From Octopus sinensis (Eukaryota): a stretch of 64,000 nt of DNA. The notes beneath the pieces are model-generated. The model saw only the letters and a list, made by a program, of their open reading frames with translations, was not told the DNA's origin and searched no databases. The position numbers and the translations under genes are program-made. Positions within the stretch are counted from its first letter, which is position 1; every line of letters starts with the position of its first letter. The stretch covers positions 14,694,001 through 14,758,000 of the forward strand of contig NC_043001.1 of the NCBI RefSeq assembly GCF_006345805.1. Reading direction: 5' to 3'. Of the stretch, positions 10,726 through 24,267 are shown piece by piece.

Positions 10726-11202
10726 ATAGTAAACACATAAACATGGCTAGTCATACGCTCACATGTGCACTCGCGGACCCACGTGCGTACTTATACGTCA
10801 CTATGAAAACGTACACATCTTCACTCGCATTTTTCGCCAAATATATACGCATATATATATACAAACACATACACATATTCATTTTTTGTATATGCGTGTG
10901 TGTGTATGAGTGCATAGGGGCATGTCCGTATATGAACGTGGTTTTTATGCTTTGTATACTTCCCTATGTTTTTTTCTGTTACCTTTAACCATGGTTTTTC
11001 TTGTGCTTGTGCATATATAGACGTATGTATGAACTTTTACGGTACGCATGTGTGTGTGTATGAGTTTGTATATATATATGCGTATATATTTGGCGAAAAA
11101 TGCGAGTGAAGATGTGTACGTTTTCATAGTGACGTATAAGTATGCACGTGGGTCCGCGAGCGCACGTGAGCGTATGACTAGCCATGTTTATGTGTTTACT
11201 AT
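10726..11202. repeat. Long inverted repeat (~140-bp arms, ~200-bp spacer)
   Basis: 10726-10866 is the reverse complement of 11064-11202 with only a few mismatches. Confidence 0.9.
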
Positions 11203-11254
11203 TTACATAATATTGAGGTATCTTTCTTTCTTTTGTTATCTTACCGTTTTTACC

Positions 11255-11267
11255 AATATATATATAT

Positions 11268-11312
<45 letters not shown>

Positions 11313-11556
11313 TATATATATCATATACATATACATACATACATATACATACATATATACATACATATATACATACATATATACATACATATACATATAT
11401 ATATAGACATACATATACACACATATATATATATACACATACATATACATATATATATGTACATATACATATATATATATGTACATATACATATATATAT
11501 ATATACATATACATATACATATATATACATATATATATATACATATACATATACAT

Positions 11557-11594
<38 letters not shown>

Positions 11595-11745
11595 CACACA
11601 TATATATACATATATATATATATACAATATACATATATGTGTGTATGTGTGTATGTATGTATGTATCTATGTAAAATTATTGACTGCTATTACCAGTAAA
11701 CATTGGTGCCTTGTATCACTATTCTGTATTTATACATGCATACAT

Positions 11746-11778
<33 letters not shown>

Positions 11779-11810
11779 TACACATACCTACACACAACAT
11801 ATACATACAT
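11255..11810. repeat. Compound (TA)/(CA)/(TACA) microsatellite
   Basis: Directly visible; the source of many IYIY/THTH ORFs. Confidence 0.95.
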
Positions 11811-12060
11811 AGATATGTATCCATAGTGTATGTGTGCGTCTTATATGCACACACACTTCCTCACACATCCCATACAAACACACCCATTACATAAACACCC
11901 ATGAATAAACAGTGTTTGTATAGTTTCAATTTTGTCTTGAAAATATAAAAATATACAACACACGCACATACACAAACACCTACAGAAACATTCTTTTGAA
12001 TATTTGCTTATAATTGCCCAATACATACGTCATATATATATAGATACATAAATACATATG

Positions 12061-12109
<49 letters not shown>

Positions 12110-12217
12110 CATAATTGTATGCATGTATTTATTTGTGCAATGTCAGAGCGGTGCAGTAATTTTTTATTTCATCATTCACAGAGTGTACTTGATGTCTCTA
12201 CTCACGATCTCTCTATG

Positions 12218-12228
12218 TAATAATAATG

Positions 12229-12277
<49 letters not shown>

Positions 12278-12755
12278 TAACAACGATGATGATGATGATG
12301 ATGATGATAGCAACAACAATGATAATAATAAAAAGATGGGCTAGAGCAAATATTCTGCTCAATACCACAGATTTGCTTGTCAGTTGTTTGACCGTAACCA
12401 GTTGAGCATGTCCCTCAGTGGCTGACGATACGTGCATCTCTGATCACGAGTAGAAATAGTGGGAGAGCATCACAGCCATGTGTTGAGAGGAATTCTTTGT
12501 GGTTTGGAAACATGGGTGTTACCCTTATTAAGGAACTTTTTGAGTGGGATGGGCTACTCGACCTGAAGAAAAAATTCTAACTGGGCCCCACCTACAAGGT
12601 CATGTGCTGTTAATCTTGATATGAGATCACCATGTCATGCACATATGGTTGTGATGCATGTGCCTGGTGTACCCTTATCAGACAGCTAGTCATGATGGGT
12701 ATACTGGGCTTCGAATATATTTTACCCCAGTGTCACTCTGATGGCATGCGCTGCT
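12218..12755 (-). mobile_element. Probable retroposon 3' fragment with (ATT)n/(ATC)n tail
   Basis: Non-coding block 12335-12755 abutting a long (AAT)n(GAT)n tract; family not identified. Confidence 0.4.
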
Positions 12756-12833
12756 CTCTCAAATAGAACAAATTGTGGTTACAAAATGTTTAAGACCATT
12801 TTACATTTGCTCTACATGGAGTATCTGAAATTA

Positions 12834-13808
12834 CAGTGATCCCTCGTTTATCATGATAGATTGGTTCTGAGACTGACCGCGATAACTGAATTTCCGCGAA
12901 GAAGGGACACCTTATATACATTTATATATTTATTTAACGTTATTTGGACTTTTAAAACCCTCTCTGTACTGTTAACAACCTACCCATTACAGTAGTCTAT
13001 TAATAACAAGGACAACTGTTAAGCAATAACACTAGATTAAAAAGAAATAAAGATTGTTAGTGTACTCGATACGAAAGAAGTTGAAGTAAAATTTGAATGA
13101 TGATGGGGATGAATTTGCTGCACAGTAGAAATGATGACGATGAAGCTGATGGCTGTGCCCTTTCCTGGGACACCCCTTCCACTTCTTCCGAAGGGGCAAC
13201 TGTTGTAGTAGGTGCAACCATTGCATCAATCACAGCCCGTCATAAGTTCAAATACCCCTGTATATACTTTTTTGCTATTTTACGCTTGTTTTGTTGTTCC
13301 TAAACTAGGAAATAATATTTATTAATATTTTAATGGATTTAATGAAAAATTTTAGGTGTTCATATATATATATATATTTATATATAAAGCTGAAGTTGTC
13401 TGTGTATGGCAGGTTTGGTAGCCTTCAACACTATCTCCTCTGAGACCCTGCGGCGCAAGTTGACCAAAATCGAGAGTATGATAGAAGAAGGCTTGCTCTT
13501 CCTTCCGTAGAAGAAAAAAATTCAAATCAGACCATGTTAACACCAAAGATTATTTACATCAAAAAGGTGCTTTTTTTTCTATGAAAATCCCTATTTTTTA
13601 CGATTTTTTGACTGCTGTGTCACCATTTTTCGGTGTATTTCAACCAGAAAAATGTTCGCTTAAAGAGAATAGCAAGATACATAATGCAAAATTTTTACTT
13701 TTCAAAAATTCCAATTCTAAAGGGTCGAAACAAACCCGAGCAACACCCGGCAATACTGCTAGTCATCAATCCGCGATAGTTGAACTGTGAAGTAGCGAGG
13801 GATCACTG
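12834..13808. mobile_element. pogo/Tigger-like non-autonomous DNA transposon
   Basis: TIRs CAGTGATCCCTCG / CGAGGGATCACTG; TA on the left, TT on the right (mutated TSD). Confidence 0.8.
13375..13762 (+). mobile_element. Non-autonomous Helitron H1 nested in the pogo-like element
   Basis: TATATAAAGCTGAAGTTGTCTG 5' block; 3' CAAACCCGAGCAAC...ATACTGCTAG|T. Copies at 50698-51091 and 58799-59190. Confidence 0.85.
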
Positions 13809-14502
13809 TTTATGCAAAAAATGACAAAGATCTGAAAGGGCTACTAGTAACAGGGAAAAAATTCAGTGATGACAAAAATATGGAATTTGTCCTTGACAAG
13901 TGTGCAAAAGCTTTGTTCAAACGTGATAAACCAACAACTAATACCAGGATCCAACTTGATCATGATACATTTGTCAAGGACCAGGACTAAGAATGCTTTT
14001 ATAAATATCTTGGGATACAGGAAGAGAAAGAGATTCAACACAGATCAATGAAAGAAATTAGAAAAGAGTATCACAGACGTATCAGAATGGTCCGGAATAC
14101 TGAACTGAACCTCCCAGTATAGAATTTGCAGCTATAAACTCCCTGGCGGTACCAGTTGTCCACTATAGCCTTAATGTCATCAACTGGAATCTAAATGAAC
14201 TCCAGCATATGGACAAAAAGATCAGGAAATTGCTGACACTAAACAGGATGCACTACTCAAAATCAGACGTCCACAGGCTCCATCTCCCATGAAAGGAAGT
14301 CGGCAGAGATCTAATCTAACTTGAAACTCCTATAAAACGACCACGATAGACTCCAAGTATACATCCAATGTAACACCGACTGGATGGTACAAGCTGGAAA
14401 GGTAACACTTACAGAGTAAGAAAACACTTACAAACACACATATATTTCTACATACATACGTATTATATATATATATATATTATATTTTTAAAGTTAATTA
14501 TA

Positions 14503-14639
14503 ACCTTTGACGAGGCCTATGGTTCTTTTAACATATAAGTATTATATTTTTTAAATGCCTACAACCTTAGTATGTTGACATCTATAGGCAATGGAAATTG
14601 GATTCACTTTTGACCACAGGCTGAAACAGCTGTAAGAAG
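14503..14639 (+). ncRNA. Degenerate hammerhead-like motif with an extended stem II
   Basis: TTGACGA-GGCCTATGGTT...(~88 nt)...GACCACAGGCT-GAAAC-AGCT-GTA; 11-bp stem II with one mismatch; C3 of the core mutated. Confidence 0.45.
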
Positions 14640-15204
14640 TGATTTTTTGGATTTCAATAATTTATATGACTTTTAAAATCTGTATTTGTATTATTATCTT
14701 ATCTATTGATTTATATAATATTTTGTATGCTTCTGATGTTCTCATTTGTAAAATGAATAAATAATCTAACATTATAATATCCGTAAGTTGATGAACAAAC
14801 TAAACTTGTTTCTCCATTTTCTTATTTGTATTATATATTTATATATATATGCATATATGGGTACACAACGTCACAAGTAGTAAACAACATGAAATACGAA
14901 AACAAATGAATTGAATACGCAAACAACGAGAGAAACAAATGGAAAACAGGACAAGGAACTTAAAGAATGACCCTTCATCAGTTGTTGGCTGCCTATCAAT
15001 TCCTCATTTCGAGCATCGGAACGACAATATAAGTCTTCGAAGACAGCTGCTCCCACAAATACCAAAATAAAATTTGGGATTTATGGAGGGTCAAAGATGG
15101 GAACAAAAACAGGACAGTGGAGATATACAAGGAAATTGAATGAAAACAAACATGAAGGGTCGTTAGACCAATACACACACAAACACACACACACATATAT
15201 AGAT

Positions 15205-15239
<35 letters not shown>

Positions 15240-15460
15240 TTACTAAAAGTAAATTTGAAGACAAAGTACATGTACAACAACATAATTCTAAAAATAAATA
15301 GCAATTGGGAGTTGTCGAGATAACGCCTTTGATCACGAACGTCTTTCGGTCAGGGTTGATTTTTGAACTTAAGAACAATCACAAGGACAATAAAAAGAAT
15401 AACAATAGAACCCACGACAATAACAAGAACATCAATGACAACAGCAGTAGCAACAACAGT

Positions 15461-15860
15461 GGAGGCGCGATGGCCCAGTGGTTAGAGAAGCGGACTCGCG
15501 GTTGGAGGATCGCGGTTTCGATTCCCAGACCGGACGTTGTGTGTGTTTATTGAGTGAAAACACCTAAAGCTGCACGAGGCTCCGGCAGGGGTTGGTGGCG
15601 ACCCCTGTTGTACTCTTTCGCTCCAACTTTCTCTCACTCTTTCTTCCTGTTTCTTGTCCCTGACTTCCTACGCAACCGCTGAGCCTGGATGCGCATCCAT
15701 CCATCCGTCGATGCTCTCGGTGTCGGGGGTTGACCTGCTTTCTCTTCTGCGGGTCTTACGAATAGCAAAAGAATACGTTACGGACTTCTCCCACTAATTG
15801 GACGAAGACCGCTTCGCTCAACAAACAAACAAACAATCAAGCAGCAGCAACAACAACAAC
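15461..15860 (+). mobile_element. Family C tRNA-SINE variant with alternative 3' part and (AAAC)n tail
   Basis: Head GGAGGCGCGATGGCCCAGTGGTTAG...GGTTTCGATTCCCAGACC as at 22395; diverges after ~15650. Confidence 0.75.
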
Positions 15861-16242
15861 AACAGCAACAGGCTAATATCGCTGTATGAGCCACGTAATA
15901 TATCTATATTTAGCTTTATTTCGATCTGTTTGAATTTAAGAGTGTGGCAAATAAGGATGTGGTGGCGGTAATGCCTTTCCTAATGACGTAATTGAAATGA
16001 CTAGCTTCCTTTGGAAATAAACACAATATCAAAGATTAGATTCCCATGTTGTTGTTTGGCTCTAGGTCAGCCCTGATCGAGTAGAACTATTGTAAAAGAC
16101 GTTCCAACCATACAATCTTTTTTTTTTGTTTTAAACACCATGAAAATTCCCAAAGATATACACCATCTTGCGTACCTGATTTTTTTCGGATACGAGACAT
16201 TTTGGCGCAGCCGTTTTGGTGTCACGTTATTCAGCATTGCTG

Positions 16243-16851
<609 letters not shown>

Positions 16852-17395
16852 TCCTGGATACAAAAACTCAATTCGTTTGGCAAAGCTTGCGTATATGTGT
16901 TTCTGGGGCATATGCTTTTTGGTTTGCGCGCACACGCATGTCTGTGTGAGTGTGTGTTTGAGAAAGAGTATTTTTTTCACCAAACATTATCACTAGATCT
17001 GAAAAAATATTATTTTCTGCAGAAATGTCACTATTTCCGCTTTCAAAGACCAAAAGACCAAATAATTTGCTACAATATGTTCTTATTAGTTTCTGTGTGT
17101 GTGTGTGTGTGGTGTGTGTGTGTGTGTGGTGTGTGTGTGTGTTTAAATGCTGTGGGGACGTGTTTACCTCACTTGTTTTTGATACGGTGGGTGTTAGCCA
17201 TTGCAATATTATATATGCACATAAACAAGACCGAGAAAAAAAATGTCTTACAACTGACATATATTTTTGTCCCCGTCTGGACCCTGTATGGGCAAATTCT
17301 AAATATTCGAATGTACGAAAGTAAATGCCAAAATTTAATCTTTTAACCAGTTTAAACTTGTTATAATCCCGGGTTTAGAAGAATAACACCAAGAA

Positions 17396-17672
17396 CATCA
17401 TCATCATCATCATCATCATCGTTTAACGTCCGTTCTCCATGCTAGCATGGGTTGGACGGTTCGACCGGGGATCTGGGAAGCCAGGGGCTGCACCAGGCGC
17501 CAGTCTGATCTGGCAGTGTTTCTACAGCTGGATGCCCTTCCTAACGCCAACCACTCCGCAAGTGTAGTGGGTGCTTTTTACGTACCACCTGCACAGGTGC
17601 CAGGGGGGGGGGGGTCTGGCATCGGCCACAATCGGTTGGTGCTTTTAACGTGCCACCAGCACGGAAGCCAGC
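17396..17672 (-). mobile_element. Family D retroposon
   Basis: (ATC)n tail and body as at 7975-8292. Confidence 0.85.
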
Positions 17673-17893
17673 CAACATAACGACTGGAACAATAGCTGTG
17701 TTAGTAATTCTAATTTCAGCACAAGGCCAGCAATTTTGAGGTGAGGGGAAAGTCAATTACATTGACCTCAGAACTTGATCAACACTTGATTTGAGAATGA
17801 ATCCTGGCTTACCATCCCTGCAAGAAGTGGAAAAGGTCGTTTTAAATGGTACGTCACACGTATAGGGAAGAGTATTGTCAATTCAGGAACAAT

Positions 17894-18300
17894 TCTTTTA
17901 TTCTTTTACTTGTTTCACCCATTTGACTGTGGCCATGCTGGAGCACCGCATTTTGGTCGAGCAAACCGACCCCAGGACTTATTCTTTGGAAGCCCAGTAC
18001 TTATTCTATTGGTCTCTTGTGCCGAACCGCTAAGTTACGGGGACGTAAACACACCAGCATCAGTTGTCAAGCGATGTTGGGGTGGGGGGGACAAACACAG
18101 ACACACAAACACACACACATATACATACACATATATACAACGGGCTTCTTTCAGTTTCCATCTACCAAATCCACTAACAAGGCTTTGATCGGCCCGAGGC
18201 TATAGTAGAAGACACTTGCCTAAGGTGCCACGCAGTGGGACTGAACCCAGAACCATGTGGTTCGTAAGCAAGCTACTTACCACACGGCCACTCCTGTGCC
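17894..18300 (-). mobile_element. Family B CORE-type SINE, full length
   Basis: tRNA-like head, CORE-like GCACCTT(A/G)GGCAAGTGTCTTCTACTATAGCCTCGGGCC, internal microsatellite, LINE-like tail. Confidence 0.9.
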
Positions 18301-18502
18301 TAGGGATCATGTATTTTAATTTTTTTTCGTTTCACTTAACTTCAATTCATTTTGAAAAATAAATAATCTGGTGGGTTTAGTTTAATGGCCTATCAATGTG
18401 TACAGTGAGTTTCTTTGCCCTAGGTGTCGCGAAGACAATTGCAAAGAAATAGAAACAAAACTGAAAGAAGAAAAACTACTACTACTACCACTACAAATAA
18501 TG

Positions 18503-18534
<32 letters not shown>

Positions 18535-18551
18535 CATCATCATCCTTACTA

Positions 18552-18757
18552 TTATAGGCACAAGGCCTGAAATTTGCAGGGAGTGGGTAAGTCGATTACA
18601 TCAACCCTAGTGCGTAACTGGTACTTATTTAATTGACACCGAAAGGATGAAACGCAAAGTTGATCTTGGCGAAATTTGAACTCAGAACATAACGGCAGAC
18701 AAAATACGACTAAGCATTTCACCCAACGTGCTAACCATTCTGCCAACTTGCCACCTT
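18552..18757 (-). mobile_element. Family A SINE with alternative tail (A')
   Basis: Same head and core as family A, tail ...CAAATTTCAGGCCTTGTGCC. Confidence 0.8.
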
Positions 18758-18900
18758 AATAATAATGATAATAATAATAATAATAATAACAACAACAAAA
18801 CAACAATAATAAAAGAATTAAGTGGAATATTGGTATTAAGAGTATTCTTTAAAAAATAATAGATTAATCTCAATATTTTAGTCTACATGCTTGATATATG

Positions 18901-19256
18901 TGGCACTCTGTTGGTTATGACAATGAGGGTTCCAGTTGATCCGATCAACGGAACAGCCTGCTCGCGAAATTAACGTATAAGTGGCTGAGCACTCCACAGA
19001 CATGTGTACCCTTAACGTAGTTCTCAGGGATATTCAGCGTGACACAGAGTGTGACAAGGCTGGCCCTTTGAAATACAGGTACAACAGAAAGAGGAAGAAA
19101 GAATGAAAGTTGTGGTGAAAGAGTAGAGGAGGGTTCATTACCACCCCCTACCGGAGCCCCGTGGAGCTTTAGGTGTTTTCGCTCAATAAACACTCACAAC
19201 ACCCAGTCTGGGAATCAAAACCGCAATCCTATGACCGCGAGTTTGCTGCCCAAACC
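18901..19256 (-). mobile_element. Family C tRNA-SINE, 5'-truncated
   Basis: Reverse complement of the 22395-22779 body. Confidence 0.85.
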
Positions 19257-19353
19257 GTCTATAAACATTTCACATTTGCCTTCTTAGAATTAAAACTGTG
19301 TTTGTGCAGTTAGGTCTAAGAAACAAATATCTCCCACAACATAATGATTTGAT

Positions 19354-19705
19354 TACCAGGAATGTCGCCTTACTGGCACTTGTGCTGGTGGCACATAAAA
19401 AAAAAACATTCGAGCGAGGTCATTTCCAGTGCCACTGGACTGGCACTTGTCCAGGTGGCACGTAAAAAAACACCATTTGAGTGTGGCCGTTGCCATTACC
19501 TCCTGACTGGCCCTCATGCCGGTGGCACGTAAAAGCACCCACTACATTCTCGGAGTGGTTGGCGTTAAGAAGGGCATCCAGCTGTAGAAACTCTGCCAGA
19601 TCAGATTGGGGCCTGGTGCTGCCATCTGGTTTGCCAGGCCTCAGTCAAATCATCCAACCCATGCTAGCATGGGAAGCGGACGTTAAACAATGATGATGAT
19701 GATGA
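19354..19705 (+). mobile_element. Family D retroposon
   Basis: Three internal repeat units, RTE-like tail, (GAT)n. Confidence 0.85.
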
Positions 19706-19830
19706 AATGCTATATAGAGTTGCTTCCACATTTGTAGCAGTGTCCATTTTAATGTGATCTGATTGCCTATTCAGTATTGTGGATTCACTATTCAGCATAT
19801 TAATCAATCTTATCCAGCTTAAACAGTCTA

Positions 19831-20033
19831 TTGGGTTGTCCGGAAAGTTCTTGCCGATTTTTAAAGGAAAGAAAAAGATCAATAAATATTTGCCATTACA
19901 TTTTTAATCAACCAAATATGAACCATTTTGTTGCACAATGCATCTCCATCTTTCCTTTAACTTGAGGTGCCTGGGAGGGTAAGTCGAAAGGTAAGCTACT
20001 ATAAAATCGGCACAAACTTTCCGGACAACCCAA
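19831..20033 (-). mobile_element. 203-bp deletion derivative of the 56422-57701 mariner
   Basis: Same TIR TTGGGTTGTCCGGAAAGTT, TA on both sides, internal sequence matches the two ends of the full element. Confidence 0.92.
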
Positions 20034-20718
20034 TACATGTTTTATGTTCAAACTGGTTAGATTTTACTTTTCTCACCTACCCTACAATGCTATTCTAAAA
20101 ATAAATAATCTCATCCTTGAAATCTCGAAGCTACGTGACAATGCTTGATGAATAAATAAGCGCTACATTTGACAGTGTGATCCGAGTGTTAAAGGATGCC
20201 GCTGAAATGGTAGTCTTCTGTTCAGGAAGTAACTCGTTCTCCATTCGTGTCTGTAAATTATTAATCGCACCAAGTATCATGGTTTTTAAAATCTTCAGTC
20301 ACTTTTGGTTTTTGATGAGTTTAGGAGGAACTGAATGAGATGAAACGGAAAAAGGTGGTAACTTGATAGTATCATGAACTTGTTATAATTATTTGAAGAT
20401 TGTTCCTTCAGCTTCCGTTTCCACAAATAGCGCACTTCTGCATTCCTTATCTACTTGTTCCGTTATCATGGTATTTGTTTACTTTTACGTTTTGGGATTT
20501 TCCAAGATTCTCTACATTTTTTGGGGTTTTTTTTTGTAAGTACAGGGCGTCATATTGCAAATGGATGATAAAAAAATGCTTTTTTATTTTAAAACAAATT
20601 CATTAGATTACAAGAATTTAGGCATGAAATTATTCGTTTTTAACAGTTTGTCAAAACAGAAGAGCAACCTTCGACTTTCTCTACCTAAAGTGTTTTTTAC
20701 CCTAACATTTAGAAGCTA

Positions 20719-21128
20719 CTAGCACTATGAGTCCACTCACTCAATCTCTTGAATCCCTGTATGGCATACCAGCAGTATGACCTGGCAACGCCGGGTCACA
20801 GTGCTACTGCATGCATATACAACGTGCGCACATACACGCGAGTACTGACCAAATCTCTGACCAATCACATACAGCTAGCTGGCATTCAATTGGCGTATCA
20901 AGTTTCGGGCATTTTGATTGGGTTTTGGATAGAAAATTCAGAAAAAAGTCACTTCTATTGATTTTTTAATGGCTTTGCGGGGTGACTGGGGAAATGTAAA
21001 GATGTGCACGACCACCCTTGGACGGTTTTGAATGATCATAGAAAGTGTGAGCCCTCTAACTAAAAAATTGTGGATTTGTATGAAGGGGACACGGACAGAC
21101 AGACATTTTGCCATTTATATATATAGAG
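20719..21128 (-). mobile_element. Non-autonomous Helitron H3, copy 2
   Basis: A|TCTCTATATATATAAATGGC 5' end on minus; CTAG|T 3' end at 20719; homologous to 2160-2548. Confidence 0.75.
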
Positions 21129-21346
21129 ATTACTAATAGCTTTATGAACATCGAGTTGAACCATTAAAAATAAATTAAATTCTTCAATGATTATAAAGAA
21201 GACAGTTATATACAACATTGTTTGAGATTCTAGGATTGTTGTGCGAGAGGCAAAAAATAAGCAATGAAAGATTCAAAATCGTCTTTAGCGCAATTTGTAA
21301 AAAATTTCTGAGATAAAACATAAGATGGAAGCTTATACTGTGACTA

Positions 21347-21557
21347 TACTCTTACTCTTTTACTTGTTTCAGTCACTTGACTGCGGCCATGCTGGAGCAC
21401 CACCTTTTAGTCGAGCAAATCGACCCCGGGACTTATTCTTTGTAAGCCCAGTACTTATTCTATCGGTCTCTTTTTGCCGAACCGCTAAGTGACGGGGACG
21501 TAAACACACCAGCATCGGTTGTCAAGCATTGCTAGGGGGACAAACACACACACACAA

Positions 21558-21602
<45 letters not shown>

Positions 21603-21765
21603 TACGACAGGCTTCTTTCAGTTTCCGTCTACCAAATCCACTCACAAGGCATTGGTCAGCCCGGGGCTATAGCAGAAGACACTTGCCCAAGATGCCACGC
21701 AGTGGGACTGAACCCAGAACCATGTGATTGGTTAGCAAGCTATTTACCATACAGCCACTCCTGCG

Positions 21766-21813
<48 letters not shown>

Positions 21814-21978
21814 TACGACAGGCTTCTTTCAGTTTCCGTCTACCAAATCCACTCACAAGGCATTGGTCGGCCCGGGGCTATAGCAGAAGACACTTGCCCA
21901 AGATGCCACGCAGTGGGACTGAACCCGGAACCACGTGGCTGGTTAGCAAGCTACTTACCACACAGCCACTCCTGCGCC
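21347..21978 (-). mobile_element. Family B SINE with tandemly duplicated 5' half
   Basis: Full copy 21347-21768, (TA)n, then a second head + CORE at 21811-21978. Confidence 0.9.
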
Positions 21979-22394
21979 TATCTTTCAACTTTGTGACACT
22001 TGCCGACTGTATTTATCACACACAAATAAATAATTTCAGATCTTTGTCACGAGTTCGAGTGATATGAGAAAAAAAAGTGATTCTATAAATAAAAGACGAC
22101 AAAAGAGATTCGAGGAAAATAAGTGGAGCTTTGAGGAAATGTCACAAATTTTCAATGACGTCAATTATGTTTTGGGTGTAACTTATTTCCATTAGTAAAA
22201 CTACAGTTTTTCAATTTGGGTGTATCCTAATAGCTTCTAGTTTACTTAACTGGGGGTGTAGTGTCAGCTATGGAATGTACATCCACTTTGGCGCATCCAT
22301 AGCTATAGTTTGAGATCTGATTGAAGAAAACGAACGCTGTGCAATTATCCTTGCATATTAGCAATGGCAGTTGGGGCAGTATTATTGAGGAAGT

Positions 22395-22779
22395 GGAGGC
22401 GCAATGGCCCAGTGGTTAGGGCAGCAGACATGCGGTCATAGGATCGCGGTTTCGATTCCCAGACCGGGCGTTGTGAGTGTTTATTGAGCGAAAACACCTA
22501 AAAAGCTCCACGAGGCTCCGGCAGGGGATGGTGGTGATCCCTGCTGTACTCTTTCACCACAACTTTCTCTCACTCTTACTTCCTGTTTCTGTTGTACCTG
22601 TATTTCAAAGGGCCGGCCTTGTCACACTCTGTGTCACGCTGAATATCCCCGAAAACTACGTTAAGGGTACACGTGTCTGTGGAGTGCTCAGCCACTTACA
22701 GGTTAATTTCACGAGCAGGCTGTTCCGTTGATTCAGATCAACCGGAACCCTCGTCGTCGTAACCGATGGAGTGCTTCCA
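22395..22779 (+). mobile_element. Family C tRNA-SINE, full length
   Basis: A box TGGCCCAGTGGTTAG, B box GGTTTCGATTCCC; flanking duplication ATTATTGAGGA (22381-22391 / 22779-22789). Confidence 0.9.
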
Positions 22780-22804
22780 TTATTGAGGAGTTAAATGTTA
22801 TACC

Positions 22805-23219
22805 TATTTCTTTACTGCCCACAAGGGGTTAAAGACAGAGAGGACAAACAAGGACAGACAAACGGATTAAGTCGATTATATCAACCCCAGTGCATAACTG
22901 GTACTTATTTAATTGACCCCAAAAGGATGAAAGGCAAAGTCGATCTCGGCAGAATTTGAACGCAGAATGTAACAGCAGACGAAATACCTATTTCTTTACT
23001 ACCCACGAGGGGCTAAACACAGAAGGGACACAGGGACAGACAAATGGATCAAGTCGATTACATCGACCCCAGTGCGTAACTGGTACTTAATTTATCGACC
23101 CCGAAAGGATGAAAGGCAAAGTCGACCTCGGCAGAATTTGAACACAGAACGTAGTGGTTGACGAAAGACCGCTAAGCATTTCGCTCGGTGTGCTAATGCT
23201 TCTGCCAGCTTGCCGCCTT
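22805..23219 (-). mobile_element. Family A SINE dimer
   Basis: Two head-to-tail units; 19-bp flanking direct repeat AGGAGTTAAATGTTATACC (22786-22804 / 23227-23245). Confidence 0.9.
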
Positions 23220-23562
23220 ATTAGCAAGGAGTTAAATGTTATACCAATCAAATCATTATCTCTAACTCTGCTACCAAAACTGGTATTCCAGGCAGAATGA
23301 ACACCACCAAACATGTTTCTTGCACTGTAACAACTCTCAGAAGAATATCTTCTCCACTTCATGCCAACCACATGAGAATTACAATTGTTGAAACAATTCA
23401 CAGAAGCTAATTAGAAAGCCTCTTCGCCAGTGGTTTGCAACCCTTTTTTTTTCATCTATAAACTTCTTTGATTTTTATTTTACTCAGGTAGACCCCATTA
23501 ACCATTTGATGTTTAAAAAGGTCCTTTTATATTTCTATAATTGAATATTATTCAGAATTCAT

Positions 23563-23952
23563 AGGTGTAGGAGTGGCTGTGTGGTAAGTAGCTTGCTTAC
23601 CAACCACATGGTTCTAGGTTCTGTCCCACTGCGTGGCACCTTGAGCAAGTGTCTTCTATCATAGCCTCAGGCCGACAGGCAGAAACTGAAAGAAGCCCGT
23701 CGTATATATGTATATATATATATATACGTATGTGTGTGTGTGTGTATATGTTTCTGTGTCTGTGTTTGTCCTCCCAACATCGCTTGATAACTGATGCTGC
23801 TGTGTTTACATCCCCGTAACCTAGCGGTTCGGCAAAAGAGACCAATAGAATAAGTACTAGGCTTACAAAGAATAAGTCCCGGGGTCAATTTGCTCGACTA
23901 AAGGCGGTGCTCCAGCATGGCCACAGTCAAATGACTGAAACAAGTAAAGAGA
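23563..23952 (+). mobile_element. Family B CORE-type SINE, full length
   Basis: Head, CORE-like block, internal (TA)(TG) tract and tail all present. Confidence 0.9.
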
Positions 23953-24267
23953 ATATTAAAAGTTTTGGTGTATGTAGAAATGTAATCAATTTTTTGCATT
24001 TAAGTTTTAGCAAAGAAATCTTCTGTTATATGTGCCCTGTTGAATACTACTGGTCTACGCAGTTGCTCAACCTATCTGAAATAGCAGGCAAATCACCTTA
24101 TTATCACATGTTTAATAAACAGAAAGGACACATTAGATAATATGATCCAGGGTGATCTGAATTAAGAAAAAAAAACAGAGGATCACGGTTGGAATATTTT
24201 TAATTATATATCGGTTAAATGAGAGTCGACTTGGAGCTAAACAATAACCGAATGAGGGAAACTTGTA

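Larger units (their letters stand above)
12755..14330 (+). pseudogene. Decayed R4/Dong-like (RLE) non-LTR RT, interrupted by a pogo-like element
   Basis: Reconstructed LHLLYMEYLKL|YAKNDKDL (decayed YMDDLKLY), MEFVLDKCAK, YKYLGIQE, AINSLAVPVVHYS, HYSKSDVHRLHLP*KEVGR; frameshifts and stops. Confidence 0.75.

Noticed and set aside
10212-11826. Many 60-200 aa ORFs ([12 protein letters not shown] rich), also at 16.5, 28, 43, 45.7 and 55.4 kb
   Set aside because: They are translations of (TA)n, (CA)n and (GATA)n microsatellites, which lack stop codons in several frames.
22395-22470. tRNA genes at SINE heads (also 8555, 15461, 41058)
   Set aside because: A and B boxes are present, but no full cloverleaf or acceptor stem was found, and each continues into a repeat body or tail.
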